This document shows, one piece after another, positions 59,048 through 64,000 of a stretch of 64,000 nt of DNA (position 1 is its first letter; every line of letters starts with the position of its first letter). A program made the translations under genes and the position numbers. This DNA is from an uncultured Acidobacteriota bacterium. Its GTDB lineage: Bacteria; Acidobacteriota; UBA6911; RPQK01; JAPXNP01. The stretch covers positions 160,001 to 224,000 of the forward strand of contig CAVZRV010000010.1 of the NCBI GenBank assembly GCA_963777605.1, read 5' to 3'. Below the pieces are notes generated by a model that made no database searches, was not told the DNA's origin, and saw nothing but the letters and a program-made list of their open reading frames with translations.

Positions 59048-59851
59048 ATGGGCGGTATTCTGTTCAACGCAGCATTCGGATTCTACGTGGTGGGACTTTT
59101 CCACAGCGGCCTGGCGTTTCTCTCGAGGCGCGAAATCTTCGTTCGGGTCGCTCTTTACTCCGTGACCTTCGGCTTCGTATTCCACACCATCTTCCTGATC
59201 TATCGTGGCTTCGAGAAGTCCTTTTTCCCGCTGGTGGGCATGAGGGAGTCTCTCGCGTTCTTTGCCTGGACGGTAATCCTCTGTTTCCTGATTGCCCAGT
59301 TCAGGTACAGGATTCGCGCACTTGGAGTATTCCTTCTGCCCCTGGTTACCGTCCTGATGCTCAGTACGGTGTTCATCAAGGCTTCTCCTATTCCGGAGAT
59401 TCTGAGGAGTTCCTGGGTTTACTTTCATTCGACCTTCCTCTTCCTTGCCTACGGGATGTTCCTTGTCACGTTCGTTGCCGGAATCCTCTATCTGCTCCAG
59501 GAGCGGGAACTCAAACGCAAGAAACCACGCACCTTCTACTACCAGCTTCCCTCGCTGAGCGCGCTCGACGACCTTTTTCTGAAGTTCCTCATCTGGGGCT
59601 TCGTTTTCATGACGGCAGGTTTGATCGTCGGGTTGATCTGGGCTGAACGAGACTGGGTGGGAGGCTGGACGAAAGATCCCAAGGTGATCGCAGCCATGGC
59701 AACCTGGGGAATCTATCTTGTGCTGCTCTACCTGCGGCTCGCGTTCGGGTGGCGGGGCCGTCGCGCCGTCCTGATCAGCATGATTGGAGTGATCTCCATT
59801 CTGGTGACCTTCCTGGGAGTCAGTTTTCTGGGAGGGCAGCACAGCTTTTAG
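59048..59851 (+). CDS. ccsA: Cytochrome c assembly family membrane protein (CcsA/HemX-like)
   Basis: About 8 TM segments; W..FH, LPSL..LD, W.KDPK, GWRGRR, C-terminal H; leads the hemACD run. Confidence 0.85.
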   Translation: MGGILFNAAFGFYVVGLFHSGLAFLSRREIFVRVALYSVTFGFVFHTIFLIYRGFEKSFFPLVGMRESLAFFAWTVILCFLIAQFRYRIRALGVFLLPLVTVLMLSTVFIKASPIPEILRSSWVYFHSTFLFLAYGMFLVTFVAGILYLLQERELKRKKPRTFYYQLPSLSALDDLFLKFLIWGFVFMTAGLIVGLIWAERDWVGGWTKDPKVIAAMATWGIYLVLLYLRLAFGWRGRRAVLISMIGVISILVTFLGVSFLGGQHSF

Positions 59852-59853
59852 CC

Positions 59854-61119
59854 ATGGACGTGTTTCTCGTCGGACTCAGTCACAAAACGGCACCGATTGA
59901 ACTTCGGGAGCGACTGGCCTTCAAGGAAGAGGCGGTTCCGTCGGCCCTCTCCCTCCTGCGGAGCGAGTTCGGCTTCGAAGAAGCTCTTATCGTTTCAACC
60001 TGTAACCGGGTTGAAATTCTCGGCGCCGGCGCCAAACGTCCTGACGGCCTCCCTGAACTCCGTGAGTTTCTGTGCAGGTTCCACGAAGTAGAGGCGCCCC
60101 AGCTCAACGGACACGTTTACACCTTTGCCCGGGAAGACTTGGTTCGACACCTTTTCCGCGTTGCATCCAGCCTGGATTCGATGGTGGTGGGCGAGGCCCA
60201 GATCCTGGGCCAACTGAAGCAGGCTTTCGTGCTCTCGGAAAACGTCGGGTCCGCCGGCTACTTCCTGCGCCGCCTGCTTCCCCACGCTTTCTTCGTTGCC
60301 AAGCGGGTACGCAACGAAACCTCGATTGGCAAATCGGCCGTCTCGGTCAGTTCGGTGGCAGTCGAACTGGCGAACAAGATCTTTGGGCAACTCGACGGCA
60401 AGACGGTCCTGCTGCTCGGTGCAGGCAAGATGAGTGAACTTGCGGCGCGGAGTCTTCTCAAGTCGGGAGCGAGCAAGATCCGTGTCGTCAATCGGACGAG
60501 AGCCCGCGCCGAACAGGTGGCCGCCGAGTTCGAGGGCGAGGTGGGGGACTTCGAGCACCTCGAGGATGAGATGGTTCGTTCCGATATCATCCTGGTATCC
60601 ACCGGTGCCGACCGATACGTTGTTACCCGCGAACTGGTGGACCAGGCCGTCCGGCGGCGGCGTTACGACCCGATCTTTCTGATCGACATCTCGGTTCCAC
60701 GCAACGTCGATCCCAGGGTCAACGAAATCGAGACCGCCTTCAGCTACGACATCGACGACCTGCAGTCGGTTGTCGAGTCCAATATGGAAGATCGTCAGCA
60801 GGAGGCCGAGCTCGCCGAGCAAATCATTCAGCAGGAGGTACACAACTTCGCCCTCAGCCTCCAGCACCGCCAGATCGGCCCCCTGGTCCGCTCATTCCGG
60901 CACAGGCTGGAGGAGATCTGTCTCGACGAGCTTGGCAGAGAGCGGGATTCGCTCAGCGAAGCCGACTACAAACGCATGGAGCGCACGATGCTGCGTGCCG
61001 CTCACAGAATTGCACATCCACTACTGGTTCAGATCAAGAACGCGAACCGGAATCCAGACCTGCGGACCACTCCCGCCGACGTCATTGCGGAAGCGTTTGA
61101 GCTCGAGGACGACGAATGA
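59854..61119 (+). CDS. hemA: Glutamyl-tRNA reductase
   Basis: GLSHKTAP..LRE, STCNRVE, SLDSMVVGE.QILGQ, GAGKM and DISVPRN motifs. Confidence 0.97.
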   Translation: MDVFLVGLSHKTAPIELRERLAFKEEAVPSALSLLRSEFGFEEALIVSTCNRVEILGAGAKRPDGLPELREFLCRFHEVEAPQLNGHVYTFAREDLVRHLFRVASSLDSMVVGEAQILGQLKQAFVLSENVGSAGYFLRRLLPHAFFVAKRVRNETSIGKSAVSVSSVAVELANKIFGQLDGKTVLLLGAGKMSELAARSLLKSGASKIRVVNRTRARAEQVAAEFEGEVGDFEHLEDEMVRSDIILVSTGADRYVVTRELVDQAVRRRRYDPIFLIDISVPRNVDPRVNEIETAFSYDIDDLQSVVESNMEDRQQEAELAEQIIQQEVHNFALSLQHRQIGPLVRSFRHRLEEICLDELGRERDSLSEADYKRMERTMLRAAHRIAHPLLVQIKNANRNPDLRTTPADVIAEAFELEDDE

Positions 61120-62048
61120 ACTCAATCACCATCGGATCAAGAGGAAGTGCCCTTGCTCTTGCCCAGACAAATCACATGGCCCGCATGCTCGGGGTCTTGA
61201 ACCCCGAGTTCAAAGTGTCGGTCAAGGTTATCCGAACCACGGGCGACAAGATGACTACGGCCTCGCTGGCCCAACTGGCAAATGAAACCAAGGGGCTCTT
61301 CGTCAAGGAAATTGAAGATGCCCTGCTCGAAGGGACGGTCGATCTGGCGGTCCACAGTCTTAAAGACCTCCCGACCGAACTGCCGCCCGGCCTCGTGGTT
61401 GGATCCGTACCTGAACGTGAAGATCCCCGGGATGCCCTGATTGGAAGGGAACCGTGGGCCTCTCTGGAGGAGCTTCCGCAGGGCGCGCGCGTAGGCACGA
61501 GTTCACTTCGCCGCCAACTGCAACTCGAGCACTGGCGCCCCGACGTCAAGGTCTTGCCAATTCGGGGAAACGTCGACACCCGGATCCGCAAGCTTGAAAC
61601 CGAGGGCCTCGACGCCATCCTCCTCGCCGCGGCAGGCCTGAACCGGCTCGGCCTTGCCGAGAAGGCGACGTTCATGTTTCCGGTGGACCGCATGGTGCCG
61701 GCCATCGGCCAGGGTGCGCTGGCGATCGAGTGCCGCGAGAAAGACGAGGTCGTCCGGGAGTTGCTCGCACCGCTCGAAGACCCGGAGACCCGGCTCGCGG
61801 TAACTGCCGAACGCCTGTTTCTGGCAGCGATGGGCGGCGGGTGCCAGGTTCCGCTGGGGGCCCACGCGGTCGTCGGGGGCGGGAAAGCCCATTTTTCGGC
61901 TTTCATGGCGAGCCCCGCCGGAACATGCGTCCTTCAGGAATCGATCGAGTGTGCGGCCGAAGAACTGAACGAAACCGCTCGTTCGCTGGCAAATGCTTTC
62001 AGGGCCAATGGCGGCGACGCAATCCTGGCGGAAGTAGGCATTCATTGA
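61116..62048 (+). CDS. hemC: Hydroxymethylbilane synthase
   Basis: GSRGS.LAL.Q, KGLFVKEIE, AVHSLKD, GTSSLRR, RGNVDTR and GGCQVP motifs. Confidence 0.97.
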   Translation: MNSITIGSRGSALALAQTNHMARMLGVLNPEFKVSVKVIRTTGDKMTTASLAQLANETKGLFVKEIEDALLEGTVDLAVHSLKDLPTELPPGLVVGSVPEREDPRDALIGREPWASLEELPQGARVGTSSLRRQLQLEHWRPDVKVLPIRGNVDTRIRKLETEGLDAILLAAAGLNRLGLAEKATFMFPVDRMVPAIGQGALAIECREKDEVVRELLAPLEDPETRLAVTAERLFLAAMGGGCQVPLGAHAVVGGGKAHFSAFMASPAGTCVLQESIECAAEELNETARSLANAFRANGGDAILAEVGIH

Positions 62049-62839
62049 CCTCCCCTCCACTTTTCGACAAGAAGATCCTGATCACGCGGACTGCGAAACA
62101 GTCGGGCTCGTTCGTGGAACTTCTGGAAGGAGCCGGGGCGAAAGTCTTCCAGGTTCCGACGATAGAGATCGTACCCCTCGACCCGGCTCCGCTCGACCGT
62201 GCGATCGAGCAGATCGGCATTTACCACTGGCTCTTTTTCACGAGTGCCAACGCCGTGGACATCTTCTTTCACCGATACCGGGCCGTCGGCAATGGGAAAT
62301 TGCTTCCGCGGATCTGCTCCATTGGTCCGGCCACCAGTGCCCGCGTTCGCACCCAGGGTGCCGAAGTCTTCCTCCAGCCAGCCTTGTTCCAGGCCGAGGG
62401 AATCCTCGAGGAGTTCGGCGGACTCTACGCGGGCGACCTCACCGGTATCCGGATCCTGCTGCCTCGTGCCCGTGTCGCCCGCCAGATTTTGCCCGAACAG
62501 CTCCAGGTCCGTGGTGCCTCAGTCGACTTGATTCCGGTCTACGAGACCAGCATCCCCGATGAAAGCCGTCACCTGCTGGACAGGATCCTGACCCGGGAAC
62601 GCCCCGACCTGGTCACGTTCACCAGTTCCTCCACGGCACGCCACTTTGCAGAGTTGATCTCCGAACTGGACCTGGCCGAGGAGCCCGATCTCGACTGTGC
62701 CGCTATCGGGCCAATCACGGCGGACACTGCCAGGGAAGCCGGATTCCGAGTCGTTTGCATGCCGTCGAATTCGACAATTCCGGACCTCGTCAAGGAGATC
62801 GAAAAGTACTTCTCCGCTTCGTCATCCGCGCGGCCTTGA
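62045..62839 (+). CDS. hemD: Uroporphyrinogen-III synthase
   Basis: ILITR, FTSANAV, IGP.T, VYET, FTSSST and IGPITA motifs; TTG start overlaps the hemC stop. Confidence 0.93.
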   Translation: MTSPPLFDKKILITRTAKQSGSFVELLEGAGAKVFQVPTIEIVPLDPAPLDRAIEQIGIYHWLFFTSANAVDIFFHRYRAVGNGKLLPRICSIGPATSARVRTQGAEVFLQPALFQAEGILEEFGGLYAGDLTGIRILLPRARVARQILPEQLQVRGASVDLIPVYETSIPDESRHLLDRILTRERPDLVTFTSSSTARHFAELISELDLAEEPDLDCAAIGPITADTAREAGFRVVCMPSNSTIPDLVKEIEKYFSASSSARP

Positions 62840-62870
62840 AAAGCCCCCGGCACGCCACTAAGCTTGCAGG

Positions 62871-64000
62871 ATGTTGCGACTGCGTGCCTACGTCGTTCTC
62901 GTTGCGTGTCTGCTTCCAGCCTGGGCCTGCACTTCCCACATCGAGCCGGCCGACTTGGTCCTCCTGGATGGGAAGATCCTCACCCTGGAACCGGATAACC
63001 CCCAGGTCGAGGCACTCGCCGCGCGGGGAACAACCATCGTTGCGCTGGGCCCCTCCTCGGAAATCCGATCCTATATCGGGCCCGAGACAACCGTTCTCGA
63101 GTTGAATGGACGTCTCGCAACGCCGGGCCTGATCGAAAGCCACGCCCATTTCTCTGGACTGGGAGAATCAAAGCTCAACCTTGATCTCACGCCAGCACGG
63201 ACCTGGTCGGAGATTGTCGATCAGGTGAGAGAAACGGCCGCTGCGGCCGCTCCGGGGGAATGGATCGTCGGCCGGGGCTGGCACCAGGAGAAATGGGAGC
63301 ACTCGCCGAATGACTCGGTTGACGGTCTGCCCACGAACGCCGACTTGAGCCAGGCGTCGCCGGAAAACCCGGTCATCCTGGTCCACGCCAGCGGGCACGC
63401 CTCAATCGCCAACCTCAAGGCCATGGAACTGGCAGGGATCACCGCGGCAACTCCTGACCCGGGCGGCGGACAGATCGTCAAGAACCGGCGGGGACATCCA
63501 ATCGGTGTTTTCCGCGAGTCGGCACAGGGACTCGTTCGCAGGGCGTATGCAGAGGCACTGGCGGCCCGATCGCCTGAACAGGTTGAGGACTCCCGCCGCA
63601 AGATCGTGGAACTGGCGTCGCAGGAATGCCTTCGCTTTGGGATCAGCACGTTTCACGACGCAGGGGCCGGCTTTGATTTCATCGACTTTCTGAAACGGGA
63701 AGCGGACGAGGGACGTCTCCCGCTCCGTCTCTACGTCATGCTGAGTGCTTCCAACGATGAACTGGCACAGCGCCTTCAGGACTATCGAATCCTTGGCTAT
63801 GGCGACAATCACCTGACCGTCCGGGCAATCAAGCGGTTCGCCGACGGGGCGCTCGGTTCTCACGGCGCGTGGCTCCTGGAGCCGTACGACGATCTTTCGA
63901 CCAGCACCGGACTTCCCGCACAATCTATCGATGCACTAAGCCGCACAGCAGAACTGGCCGCCCAATACGGCTTCCAGCTCTGTACCCATGCGATTGGAGA
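62871..64000 (+). CDS. Amidohydrolase family 3 (YtcJ-like), probable lipoprotein; runs off the window end
   Basis: Not in the ORF track. Manual translation MLRLRAYVVLVACLLPAWAC...ADLVL.DGKI.T...PGLIESHAH...K.FADGALGSHGA...THAIG. Confidence 0.9.
   Translation, partial: MLRLRAYVVLVACLLPAWACTSHIEPADLVLLDGKILTLEPDNPQVEALAARGTTIVALGPSSEIRSYIGPETTVLELNGRLATPGLIESHAHFSGLGESKLNLDLTPARTWSEIVDQVRETAAAAAPGEWIVGRGWHQEKWEHSPNDSVDGLPTNADLSQASPENPVILVHASGHASIANLKAMELAGITAATPDPGGGQIVKNRRGHPIGVFRESAQGLVRRAYAEALAARSPEQVEDSRRKIVELASQECLRFGISTFHDAGAGFDFIDFLKREADEGRLPLRLYVMLSASNDELAQRLQDYRILGYGDNHLTVRAIKRFADGALGSHGAWLLEPYDDLSTSTGLPAQSIDALSRTAELAAQYGFQLCTHAIG

Noticed and set aside
55233-62839. S2P-trpS-scpA-scpB-rluB and ccsA-hemA-hemC-hemD clusters as novel systems
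   Set aside because: Both are well-known conserved gene orders

Overview
A ~62% GC (estimated by eye) bacterial chromosomal window. It is most likely from an Acidobacteriota member; this is an inference from five secreted VWFA-related Acidobacterial-type VWA genes and several acidobacterial-style hypothetical proteins. Most of it is housekeeping: leuB, apbC/mrp, apgM, gcvT/H, comEC, coaX, purH, selA, tRNA-Leu(CAG), sodA, purA, trxA, rsmA, rnj, ftsK, ilvE, pilT-like, recX, alaS, SLT, amidase, ggt, larE, ribB-like, ribE, rluB, scpBA, trpS, ccsA-hemACD. No integrase, transposase, CRISPR array, rRNA or recognisable defence operon was seen. The most unusual part is the accessory block just downstream of tRNA-Leu (18.3-29.9 kb). 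It holds a cNMP/P-loop-like/patatin protein, scattered ThuA, DUF1080 and Gfo/Idh/MocA genes, a rhodanese-thiolase pair, and three separate deletion-scarred genes: a 5'-truncated oxidoreductase, a signal peptide fused to a GH3-like tail, and a REC/HD-GYP chimera behind a clean sigma-28-type promoter. Other notable signals are a recurrent leaderless-gene promoter layout, a nested-stem structured element between purA and sodA, palindromic/heptamer repeats around tRNA-Leu, a DnaD-like hypothetical protein, and a RibB fusion with a degenerate GTP cyclohydrolase II domain. All family calls come from motif recognition by eye; no database searches were run.
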